DNA of 64,000 nt from Candidatus Eremiobacteria bacterium. GTDB taxonomy: Bacteria > Vulcanimicrobiota > Vulcanimicrobiia > Vulcanimicrobiales > Vulcanimicrobiaceae. The stretch spans positions 352,001 through 416,000 of the forward strand of contig CAVWUU010000001.1 in assembly GCA_963758295.1 (NCBI GenBank). Direction: 5' to 3'. Shown piece after piece: positions 1 to 8,640 of the stretch (position 1 is its first letter; every line of letters starts with the position of its first letter). A program made the position numbers and the translations under genes. Below the pieces are notes generated by a model that was given only the letters and a program-made list of their open reading frames with translations, was not told the DNA's origin and searched no databases.

Positions 1-5
1 CGGAA

Positions 6-755
6 CTACACACTCGTTCCGGCCGCCGGAAGCTCGAAAAAGAAGTCTCGCGTCAGATTGCCGCTGCTGCACGCGGCGTGCACCACTTGGTAGGTGGAAC
101 CTTTTTGGAGCGAATGCGTGGAAACGGTCTCCCAATGCCCGTCATTGTCGCACCCGTTGAGCGCAAGGTAGGCGTGAATCCACTCGTCTTGCGGCGCGGA
201 AACGACCACGGCGTCCGTGGTGGATGCGCCGCCATGGGGATCGACCGCGGAGGCCGGAGGGTATGCGTCTTGTTTTGTGTGCGGCGCGAGCAGTTGTTCG
301 AACATGAGACGGTCGCCTAGGAACTCATAAATCAACACGGCGTCGCTGGAGCGGTACCAAAGATCGATCGATCCGTCGTCGGCATTGCGGCTGACGCGTT
401 GCGGTTGTCCGAGCGCTTTGGTTACATCGTCGGCTCCCATGCCGAACGTAATGCCATATTGGTCGGTAAAAGCGGCCGTTTTCGTATACTTTGCGACGGT
501 TATCGAGATCGCAATGCCGTTGCTTTCGAGCACGTCGAGAAACCGGTTGCCGTTCTCGAGAAATCGCCAGATGCGCTGGGCATCTTTAGGAATCTCTTGC
601 GTTGCGACCGGGTCGCCGAAGCGGTCTCGCAATTCGGAAAGCGGTTCGCCGAGTTTGACCGCGTCCAAGACGGGCGCTACGGGTGGAGCGGACGACGGCG
701 AAACGGCCGGCGACGCTGATGCGGCGAAGGCGAGCAGAACCACGGCGGCAAGCAT
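6..755 (-). CDS. Secreted hypothetical protein with two BamE/SmpA-OmlA-like repeats and a C-terminal two-Cys domain
   Basis: ATG at 755 gives a signal-like N-terminus MLAAVVLLAFAASA; repeats VKLGEPLSELRDRFGDP and ITFGMGADDVTKALGQP. Confidence 0.6.
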   Translation of the reverse strand: MLAAVVLLAFAASASPAVSPSSAPPVAPVLDAVKLGEPLSELRDRFGDPVATQEIPKDAQRIWRFLENGNRFLDVLESNGIAISITVAKYTKTAAFTDQYGITFGMGADDVTKALGQPQRVSRNADDGSIDLWYRSSDAVLIYEFLGDRLMFEQLLAPHTKQDAYPPASAVDPHGGASTTDAVVVSAPQDEWIHAYLALNGCDNDGHWETVSTHSLQKGSTYQVVHAACSSGNLTRDFFFELPAAGTSV

Positions 756-765
756 GAGGGTGCTT

Positions 766-1632
766 TCATGTCGGAAGGTGTGCGAGCTTCTCGGGATTGC
801 GCACGATATATACCGCACAAATGCGATCGTCCCGCGTTTCGATTGCGAGCGTCTGATCGACGCCCTCGCGATTGTAGGCGACAAAACCGGGCAGCCCGTT
901 GATTGTGGCGGGAACGATCGCCGTGATCGTATCCCGGTTTTTCGTGACGACACCCGCGAAGAAACGCGCGATGCGATCGCTGCCGTGAAGCGGATTGATC
1001 GCCGCCGGGCGCTTTCCGCCGCCGTCGCTCAAAAGCACCGCATCTTCCGTCAACAGCGCGACCAAGTCCTCAACGTTTGCTCTCCCGAGCGCCTCGGCGA
1101 AACGATCGCGTAGTGCTTGCGCGTCGTGCGGTTTGGCGATACGCCGATGATGCGAGGAGTGAATATGTTCGCGGGCGCGCGACGCCAAACGGCGCACGCT
1201 CTCTTCAGATCGCTCGAGAATGCCGGCGATTTCAGCGAACGGAATATCGAGCGCGTCGTGCAGCAAAAAAGCGGCACGCTCCAGCGGAGACAATCGCTCC
1301 AGCGCGAGCAGAAACGCGAACGACACGTCTTCGGCGAGGGTAACGACGTGTTCTGGGACGGTAGTTTGATCGTCGACCACCGGTTCCGGAAGCCACGGAC
1401 CGATGTAGGTTTCGCGCGATGCGCGAGCAGCGCGAAGCCGGTCGATGGCGATGCGCGTGACGATCGTGCGAAGATACGCTGCTGCGTCGCGCACCTTCTC
1501 CCGTTCGGCTGATTCCCAGCGAATGAAGGCGTCTTGCACGACGTCTTCTGCATCGGTCCACGTGCCTAGCATGTGATAGGCGTGGCGAAGTAACGACGGA
1601 CGAAGCGATTCATACAGGGCCGCGCTGGTCAC
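766..1632 (-). CDS. sigJ: ECF sigma factor, ECF41/SigJ type with C-terminal SnoaL-like domain
   Basis: DAEDVVQDAF region 2, YIGPWLPEP, LSPLERAAFLL region 4, DGGGK and NPEKL signatures; GTG start at 1632 inferred. Confidence 0.9.
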   Translation of the reverse strand: MTSAALYESLRPSLLRHAYHMLGTWTDAEDVVQDAFIRWESAEREKVRDAAAYLRTIVTRIAIDRLRAARASRETYIGPWLPEPVVDDQTTVPEHVVTLAEDVSFAFLLALERLSPLERAAFLLHDALDIPFAEIAGILERSEESVRRLASRAREHIHSSHHRRIAKPHDAQALRDRFAEALGRANVEDLVALLTEDAVLLSDGGGKRPAAINPLHGSDRIARFFAGVVTKNRDTITAIVPATINGLPGFVAYNREGVDQTLAIETRDDRICAVYIVRNPEKLAHLPT

Positions 1633-1670
1633 TTCACCGGGGGTTGCGCGTATTTTATCCACGCTACCTC

Positions 1671-1697
1671 GACGGCGCCCGCCCTTAAAACGTGACC
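1671..1697 (-). promoter_or_regulatory. Candidate ECF41-dependent autoregulatory promoter
   Basis: Minus strand GGTCACG-N16-CGTC versus the ECF41 consensus TGTCACA-N16-CGTC as recalled; about 40 nt upstream of the sigma start. Confidence 0.55.
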
Positions 1698-1745
1698 TCA
1701 CCGCTCTATCTGGAGGTGAGCCGTTGGACCGCGCGCAGCCCAGCT

Positions 1746-2681
1746 TCACATTTTGTAGCTGTGCAGGCCGCTTATCCAGATGTTCACGCCCAAGTACGTG
1801 AAGATTACAAGGAAAAAGCCGAAGAAGCTCACCCAGTTGGTGCGCAAGCCGCGCCACCCGTTGCGCGTGTGTAAGTGCATGTAAGCGAGGTAAATAATCC
1901 AGGTCGACAAGGCGGCCGTTTCTTTCGGATCCCACTGCCAGTACGCGCCCCAGGCTTCTTTCGCCCACGCAGCGCCGGTGATGATGCCGATCGAAATCAG
2001 CGGCAGCCCGATCGCCACCGCGCGATAGACCACGACGTCGAGCTGCGCGAGTGATGGAAGCGTGGAAAGCCACTGCGCGAGCGGGCTTCCCGACGCGGCG
2101 GCCGCTTCAAGCGACGGCGTGTCGCCTCTTACTCGCATGGTCAAGCCCGTGCCTGCGAACTCGACGTTGGCGGCGGCGCTCGCAATGCGCGCTTCGGCGT
2201 AGTATTTGATGAGATAGATCGATGAAAAAACAAACGCCACTAGAAACGCCGCGTACGACGAAACGACAAGCGGCACGTGAATCTTCGCCCAGTACGATTG
2301 CAGCGACGGGACGGGCGGCATCGTGCCTTCATTCCACGTTACTCCATAGGCGAGGAAAATGGCCGCAATTGCGAGCACGAAGCCGCCCGCGAACCAGAGC
2401 TTATAGCGTACGGCAAAGCCGATGAAAATTGCGACGGACATGGCGGCGAACAAGGATAGGGACCCGTAGAGGTTCAGCAGCGGCCACACGTGCGTCAGTT
2501 CGTAGCGCACGAGCAATTGCGCGAATTGGGCGACGCAGCCCACGATCGCAAGCGGCGCGCCGAGATTACGCAGCCACTCTTCGCGAGAGAAGAAGTACAC
2601 GCCGAGAGCAAGCGCGCCCAGCACGTAACACGCGATCGACACGATCATCAGGAGTTCGTCGGCTTGCAAGTGTCCGTTCAT
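1746..2681 (-). CDS. ccsA: Cytochrome c biogenesis protein CcsA/ResC (System II)
   Basis: Trp-rich WWD motif WGAYWQWDPKET, conserved His residues, C-terminal GLHSY, multiple TM segments. Confidence 0.95.
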   Translation of the reverse strand: MNGHLQADELLMIVSIACYVLGALALGVYFFSREEWLRNLGAPLAIVGCVAQFAQLLVRYELTHVWPLLNLYGSLSLFAAMSVAIFIGFAVRYKLWFAGGFVLAIAAIFLAYGVTWNEGTMPPVPSLQSYWAKIHVPLVVSSYAAFLVAFVFSSIYLIKYYAEARIASAAANVEFAGTGLTMRVRGDTPSLEAAAASGSPLAQWLSTLPSLAQLDVVVYRAVAIGLPLISIGIITGAAWAKEAWGAYWQWDPKETAALSTWIIYLAYMHLHTRNGWRGLRTNWVSFFGFFLVIFTYLGVNIWISGLHSYKM

Positions 2682-2683
2682 GC

Positions 2684-4067
2684 TTAGAATGCCTCCGCCG
2701 GAGTGAAATCGGTGCGCGGCCCGGGCGGCTCCATCGAGCGCCGCAGTTCTTCCACCAACTCTTGGAATTGAACCGCAAAAATATCGTAGCCCTTTACGGT
2801 TGTCGCCGCGAGGCCGACGCTGCAGCCCGTTGCCGTTTCTTCGACGCGAACGTACAAGCGCGCGGGCAAGAAGTAAAACGAAACGATCAATCCGGCGAGC
2901 AAGACGAGCGCGCCGATCGCGACGAGCGGAATTCCGGGATCGTACCGATACTGAAATCCGCTATAGAGCACGTATTGCTGCGGAATCACGCGCCAGCCGC
3001 TGCCGAGATCGATCCACGTTCGTAACGGAACGAGCGCGGAGCCGGCGCTGCCGCCTTCTTGCGCGACGCTTAGAACGGCCGCGGGATCGTTCACGCGCGG
3101 GTCCGCCGAGGGCATACCGCTCTGCCGGTCGACCGTTGGAACGAACCGGTCGTAGCTTACGCGTCGTGCGCGTGCCCGGAATGTCGAACGAGTCGCCCTC
3201 TTCGAGTATTCGATCCGACAACGTCGCAACGCGTTTTCCGTTATGCGTCACGAGAAAGCGCATCGCGAAGCCGTAACTCGCCTGGTAATACAGCGTGCCG
3301 TCCACGTCGATCGGGTGATTGACTCGCACCGTCATGTTTTTCGGAATGCCGTCGTTGCCGGTAACGGTTACGTGGGAAACGTAGTCGACCGGCTGGTAAA
3401 CGATGCCGCTCTTCGTCATGATGGGTGAAATGCGGTAATGAAAATCATTCAGGCGTACGACGGCATGCGTTTGCGGAATCTCGGCCGCCTGGCCGGTGAC
3501 GATGGCGGTTTCGCCGGAGAAGCCGCGAGCCCAGTACAGCGTCGTGCCTGCGGCGATGATGACGAATCCGAGATGCGCGATCAGCACGCCGCGGCGAGCC
3601 CAATTGTGCTTGTCCGCGAAAGTCCACTCGGTGCCGTCGAATTCGCGTTTGCGCACGTTCCAGTGACGCGATCGGAAGAACGCATCGACGCGAGCGGCGA
3701 CGTCGCTCTGCGCTCCATGCATGCCGATCGACGCGTTCAGCGGAATTTTATCGATCTTCACCGGACGCAGCGGCGGCAGCCGCGCGGGGATCACACGTTT
3801 GAACGTACAGACGGTGAGCGAAACGAGAATCAGGGCGATGATGCCGATGTACCACGGCGAGTGGTACATGTTGTCGAACCCGAGCCGCACCAGCGCGCGC
3901 GCAATCGGTGCCGGATACGCGGCGAAGTACGAGGCGGCATCCTTGTTTTGGTCGACCACGACGCCGATGAGCGTGAGGACGCCCCAAACCAGAAAGAGAC
4001 AGACCGCGAAAAGAACGTTGCTGAACGTTCGCAGAAAATCTTCGTACGTGCTGCGTGCTTGAACCAT
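2684..4067 (-). pseudogene. resB: Cytochrome c biogenesis protein ResB/CcsB, split by a frameshift near 3161 (likely sequencing error)
   Basis: Frame 1 has LGFDNMYHSPWY and AHLGFVII; frame 2 continues VSYDRFVP...YSGFQYRYDPGIPLV; adjacent to ccsA. Confidence 0.85.
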
Positions 4068-4079
4068 CGCCCGCTTAGC

Positions 4080-4880
4080 CTAGGCCGAGCGTTCCGTGCG
4101 CCGCCACGACTTCTCAAGCACGACGATGAGCCACAACGACGCTTCGTAAAGGATGTACATCGGCAAAGCAAGCAGCGCCATCGTGAGCGGATTGCCGTCG
4201 GGAGCCGCGATTCCGCCGGCAACGACAAAGCCGAAGAGCGCGTGGCGGCGGTACTTCGAAAGCCACTGTCCGCTGATGATGCCGAGCCGGGCAAGACCCA
4301 CGAGCAAGATCGGCAGCTGAAAGATCAGCGCAAACAAGCCCAGCAGAATCAGCACGAAGTTTAAGGTTTCCGCGACGCCGAATGTAGGCGTCGCGATCTC
4401 GTTGGTGATACCGATCAGGGCGCCCACCACGCGTGGAATCACGATGAAGTGCGCGAAGGCAAGGCCAAGCGCCGCGAGGACAATCGAAGGCAGAATGAAG
4501 GCGTAGACCATGCGGCGCGTCCGCGGGTGAACCGCCGGCACCACGAACATCCACGTCTGATACACCAGCATGGGCAATCCGACGACGATGCCTGCAATGA
4601 CCGAAAACTTGAATTCCGTGAAGATGACATCCGCGGGACCGAACGCGTGCAACTGGATGCCGTGAAAGTAAGCCTGTACCATCCAGCGGATCGCAAACTG
4701 CGATGGCCAAAAGACGAGGAGCGCAATGACGCCTACGGTCCCGATGGCAAATAGAAGACGCGCACGGAGCTCCCGAAGGTGCTCCGTAAACGGCATTTCC
4801 TTTTGATCCCATGCGGCTTCGGCCGATGCTCCGTTCGAATCCGTGGCCGAACCGTAGCGTTCCGGGATCGATTGCGTCAT
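4080..4880 (-). CDS. tatC: Twin-arginine translocase subunit TatC
   Basis: EMPFTEHLRELRARL, YQTWMFVVPAVHP, KYRRHA, six TM segments, LYEASL. Confidence 0.95.
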   Translation of the reverse strand: MTQSIPERYGSATDSNGASAEAAWDQKEMPFTEHLRELRARLLFAIGTVGVIALLVFWPSQFAIRWMVQAYFHGIQLHAFGPADVIFTEFKFSVIAGIVVGLPMLVYQTWMFVVPAVHPRTRRMVYAFILPSIVLAALGLAFAHFIVIPRVVGALIGITNEIATPTFGVAETLNFVLILLGLFALIFQLPILLVGLARLGIISGQWLSKYRRHALFGFVVAGGIAAPDGNPLTMALLALPMYILYEASLWLIVVLEKSWRRTERSA

Positions 4881-4891
4881 TTCGACGAAGC

Positions 4892-5191
4892 CTATGCGCT
4901 AGGCGTGCCTTCGCCGGGCGTCGGCGGCGGCACCGGCTGGCCGGCGGCGCTGCCCGCTTCGACGTTCGACATCACATCCGACTGCGCGGTGGCGGCTCGG
5001 GTGCGAGCTTCTTCGCGCGCCTTGATTGCGGCTTCATCAGCCTCGATCTGCCCCATGACAAACTCTTTTTTCGCTTGGCCGGCGCTGCGCGCGAGCTTCG
5101 GAAGTTTGTCTGCGCCAAAGAGCAGCGCACCGACGACCAAGATTCCAATGATGATCGGTGCGTCGATGAATGCGAACACGGGGTGAATCAT
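4892..5191 (-). CDS. tatA: Twin-arginine translocase subunit TatA
   Basis: TM helix followed by LLFGADKLPKLARSAGQAKKEF amphipathic helix; upstream of tatC. Confidence 0.93.
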   Translation of the reverse strand: MIHPVFAFIDAPIIIGILVVGALLFGADKLPKLARSAGQAKKEFVMGQIEADEAAIKAREEARTRAATAQSDVMSNVEAGSAAGQPVPPPTPGEGTPSA

Positions 5192-5213
5192 TGTTTCTGC
5201 GTTCTCCTTTTAC

Positions 5214-6170
5214 TCAAACGAGCACTGCGCTCGCGAGTTTCGCAAGCTCATCCTTCGCCGGTGATGCGCTAATGGGCTGCAAGGCACCAATTGCACGTTC
5301 TACAAAGCGAGCGACCTCGGCTCGGGTTCGCTCCAGACCGCGGTGCGCAGCGATCCCGTCGATAATCCGCTGAATTCCGTCGGTCGAACTTCCACGATAG
5401 AAGCGCTCGACGTCGGCCCGGAATTCGGCATCGCCGGAGCGCAACGCCATGATCAGCGGAATCGTCATCTTTCGCTCGGTCAAGTCGTTGCCCACCGGTT
5501 TGCCGACCGATTGTTCGTCGGCGGTAACGTCCAGCAGGTCGTCTTGCATTTGGAACGCCACGCCGTAAAGGTCACCGAACTCGCGGAGCGCGGCGACTTC
5601 GCGGACGGATCCGCCGCCCATGATTGCCCCGCACTCGGCCGACGCGGCGAAGAGCGACGCGGTTTTCTTTCGTGCTACTTCTATATATGCTTCAACCGGG
5701 AGTTCCAGTTCGCCCATGGCGCGTAATTGCAGCACTTCCCCGTCACAGATATCCGCGAGCGTAGCCGACAAGATATTGGGGACCGGGTGGGGATACCCCG
5801 CGGTGACGTTCTTGAAGATCCACGCGAAGAGGTAGTCACCGGCCAGAACGCTCACGCGGTTGCCGTAGTCCACGGCGGTCGCGTTGACGCCGCGGCGCGT
5901 TTGCGCGTTGTCGACGACGTCGTCGTGAATGAGGGTTGCGACGTGGATCAGCTCCATGTACGCGGCCAGATGCAGATGCTCTACGGCGATGCCGCCGCAC
6001 GCCGCCGCACAGAGAAGCGTAATGCGCGGACGCAGACGCTTGCCGCCTGCGGCGAGCATACGCTTTACGGCTTCGGTGATAATCGGATTATCGGTTGAAA
6101 ATTTCTCCCGGAAAAACGACTCGACCAGCGTGTAGAGATTCGACTCGTCGCTCTGTATCGCGTCGATCAT
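5214..6170 (-). CDS. Polyprenyl diphosphate synthase (HepT/IspB family)
   Basis: GGKRLRP, LIHDDVVD and FQMQDDLLD aspartate-rich motifs, KKTASLF. Confidence 0.95.
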   Translation of the reverse strand: MIDAIQSDESNLYTLVESFFREKFSTDNPIITEAVKRMLAAGGKRLRPRITLLCAAACGGIAVEHLHLAAYMELIHVATLIHDDVVDNAQTRRGVNATAVDYGNRVSVLAGDYLFAWIFKNVTAGYPHPVPNILSATLADICDGEVLQLRAMGELELPVEAYIEVARKKTASLFAASAECGAIMGGGSVREVAALREFGDLYGVAFQMQDDLLDVTADEQSVGKPVGNDLTERKMTIPLIMALRSGDAEFRADVERFYRGSSTDGIQRIIDGIAAHRGLERTRAEVARFVERAIGALQPISASPAKDELAKLASAVLV

Positions 6171-6892
6171 CGCGTTCCGTAATGGATGCAGATGGCGCCG
6201 CCCATCAAACGCAGGAAGCCCGCATCGTGGAAGCCGGCGCGCGTGAAGCGCTCGCGCAGCTCCTCGGCGTTCGGATGGTGCGTCAGCGAATTCGGCAAAT
6301 ACGTATAGGCTTGTTTCGATCCGCCTACGAGGCCGCCGACGATCGGCACCATCTTATAGAAGTACAGATCGAAAAGGCGCTTCCATAACGCGTTGGGCGC
6401 TTTGCTTACGTCCAGATTCACGAAGCGCGCTCCCGGGCGCAACACGCGGCGCACTTCACGAAGCACCTGATCGATGTCTACCACATTGCGCAAGCTGAAA
6501 CCCATCGTCACGCCGTCGAAGGTCGCGTCGCCAAACGGCAGTCCCATCGCATCGGCTTCCACGAATGCCGCGTCTCCTCGAGCCTCTTTCACCGCTCTTG
6601 CGCGCGCGCCGTCGAGCATGGGCGCGCAGAAATCGGCGCCGGTTACATGCAGCGTCGGATCGGTGCGAAGCAAATGGAAAACGACGTCGCCCGTTCCGCA
6701 GCAGAGATCGAGCACATTTCCGCCAGGCGGCGCGCCGAGAATGGCGATAGCGCGCTTGCGCCAGCGCTCGTCCATTCCTGCAGTGAGCACTCGATTGGCT
6801 TTATCGTAACGCGGCGCGATTCGGGCGAACATGTCGCGAACGAACGTGCCTTTGTCGCCGGCCGGCGGGCGAGACATCGGGGTCGAGGTCAT
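6167..6892 (-). CDS. menG: Demethylmenaquinone methyltransferase UbiE/MenG
   Basis: MFARIAPRYD, VLDLCCGTGD, GFSLRNV, AYTYLPNS; ATGA overlap with the prenyl synthase. Confidence 0.92.
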   Translation of the reverse strand: MTSTPMSRPPAGDKGTFVRDMFARIAPRYDKANRVLTAGMDERWRKRAIAILGAPPGGNVLDLCCGTGDVVFHLLRTDPTLHVTGADFCAPMLDGARARAVKEARGDAAFVEADAMGLPFGDATFDGVTMGFSLRNVVDIDQVLREVRRVLRPGARFVNLDVSKAPNALWKRLFDLYFYKMVPIVGGLVGGSKQAYTYLPNSLTHHPNAEELRERFTRAGFHDAGFLRLMGGAICIHYGTR

Positions 6893-6955
6893 GGGCTGCT
6901 CGCTCTTTCCAAGTCTTACGCGCCTTCACCCGCCGGAGGCTAGCGAACGCGACCT

Positions 6956-7870
6956 TTGTCGGGATGTATTGAAGTGATCATCCTCAGTTCTGCCGATGAA
7001 GTCGTCGCCGCGTTGCATACCGCTCGAAACATCGCGCTCGCCGCCTATACGCTGCGGCCCGGCCCCGTCGAACGAGCGCTGATCGCCGCGGCGCGGCGCG
7101 GTGCGCACGTCCGCGTGAGGCTCGAGGGCCGCCCGTTCAACGACGCGCAAGGTCAGCTGCTTACCGAAAACCGCCATACCGTCGCTGCACTCCGTGCGGC
7201 GGGCGCCGACGCGCGCCTGGTAGACGAAAAGGCCGGAAGCGGCGCCCCGCTTCACGCCAAAGCGGCGGTAGTCGACGAACGAGTCTTTCTCGACGACCGC
7301 AATTGGGCCGACGACGGCGCCGAGACGATCGTGCAAGATACGTTTACGGCCGATCGCGATGCGGCGAAGGACGCGGTGCAGGACGAGGGCGATTCGCCGG
7401 AACGTTGGTTCGCGACCCGCAAGCACGACGCCCTGACATTGGAGGCGCGTTTACTACGCGGAGCGTTGAAGGACGAAGACGTTGTGGTCGAAAGCGAGTC
7501 GTTCGGAACGGCCAACGGCGTGTATTCGGCATTGGATGCGCTCGCAAGGAGCGGCGCACGCCCGCGCCTCCTCGTTTCTTCAAGAGATTTGGTCGAGAAT
7601 GTTCGAGAACGTAAAGCGCTCGACACACTGCAACGCGACGGCGTGCAAGTCAGAACGATCGACAGCGACGAAAAATTTGCGCTTGCCGGATCGCGCGCAT
7701 GGTTGGGATCCGCGAATGCCACTGCGGCGTTCGCTAAGCCCGACCAAATCGACTGGGGAGTTCGCACCGACGACGGCGCGCTGATTGCTCATCTGCGCAA
7801 AACGTTCGAGGATCGTTGGAGCGTCTCAACGCCTCTTTTACAAGAGGAGCCCGCTAATGCGCAAACTTGA
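6956..7870 (+). CDS. Phospholipase D superfamily protein with two PLD half-domains (start uncertain)
   Basis: LHAKAAVVD HKD motif; second repeat DEKFALAG...WLGSANAT. Confidence 0.8.
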   Translation: MSGCIEVIILSSADEVVAALHTARNIALAAYTLRPGPVERALIAAARRGAHVRVRLEGRPFNDAQGQLLTENRHTVAALRAAGADARLVDEKAGSGAPLHAKAAVVDERVFLDDRNWADDGAETIVQDTFTADRDAAKDAVQDEGDSPERWFATRKHDALTLEARLLRGALKDEDVVVESESFGTANGVYSALDALARSGARPRLLVSSRDLVENVRERKALDTLQRDGVQVRTIDSDEKFALAGSRAWLGSANATAAFAKPDQIDWGVRTDDGALIAHLRKTFEDRWSVSTPLLQEEPANAQT

Positions 7871-8621
7871 AAAGTTCGCGCGCGTTACGATCGGTTGTTT
7901 CAGCGACCTCGCTGACTGAAAGCCTCAGAATGTCGGCAACTTTAGCGGCGGCGTCGTTTACGTACATCGGTTCGTTCCGTTTTCCGCGATGCGGAACCGG
8001 GGTGAGATAAGGGCAGTCCGTTTCCATCACGAGCGGCGAAAGGCCGACGGCCTTTACGGCCTCGCGAACCGGTTCGGCTGTTTTGAATGTCACGACCCCG
8101 CCGATGCCGAGGAGTAAGCCGAAGTCGTTTACGTAGGTTCGAGCCTGTTCTGCATCGCCCGTGAAGCAGTGGATTACGCCGCGCATGCCGGCGGTGAATT
8201 CTTCGCGCAGAATGGCCACGAAGTCGTCGTAGGCGTCACGGTGGTGAAAGATGACCGGCATGTTGCGCTCGCGGGCGATGCGCAATTGTTTGCGAAGAAC
8301 CTCCCGCTGAACGTCTCGCGGGCTGTGATCGTAGTAGTAGTCCAGGCCCGTTTCGCCAACGGCTACGATCCGTTCGTCTTCGAAGAACGGCGCGAATGCC
8401 GAAGCGAGGTCTTCCGGTGCGTCGATCGCTTCGTGCGGATGCACGCCTACGGACGCTAAGCAATCGTAGTCTCGAGCGATTTTCAACGCGCGTTCGCTGT
8501 CGGCGAGGTCGCAGCCGACGTTGACGATGCGTGAGATTCCGGCTTCGCGCGCTCGAGAAAAAACCTCGGCGCGGTCTGCGTCGAATTTTTTGTCGTGAAC
8601 GTGGGCGTGGGTGTCGATCAT
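7854..8621 (-). CDS. tatD: TatD family nuclease
   Basis: MIDTHAH, GVHPH, VGETGLDY, IHCFTG, ETDCPY. Confidence 0.95.
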   Translation of the reverse strand: MIDTHAHVHDKKFDADRAEVFSRAREAGISRIVNVGCDLADSERALKIARDYDCLASVGVHPHEAIDAPEDLASAFAPFFEDERIVAVGETGLDYYYDHSPRDVQREVLRKQLRIARERNMPVIFHHRDAYDDFVAILREEFTAGMRGVIHCFTGDAEQARTYVNDFGLLLGIGGVVTFKTAEPVREAVKAVGLSPLVMETDCPYLTPVPHRGKRNEPMYVNDAAAKVADILRLSVSEVAETTDRNARELFKFAH

Positions 8622-8640
8622 CGCAGACGCGCGTTCGTGG

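Noticed and set aside
3150..3175. Programmed ribosomal frameshift in resB
   Set aside because: No slippery sequence or stimulatory structure; similar isolated indels elsewhere point to sequencing error
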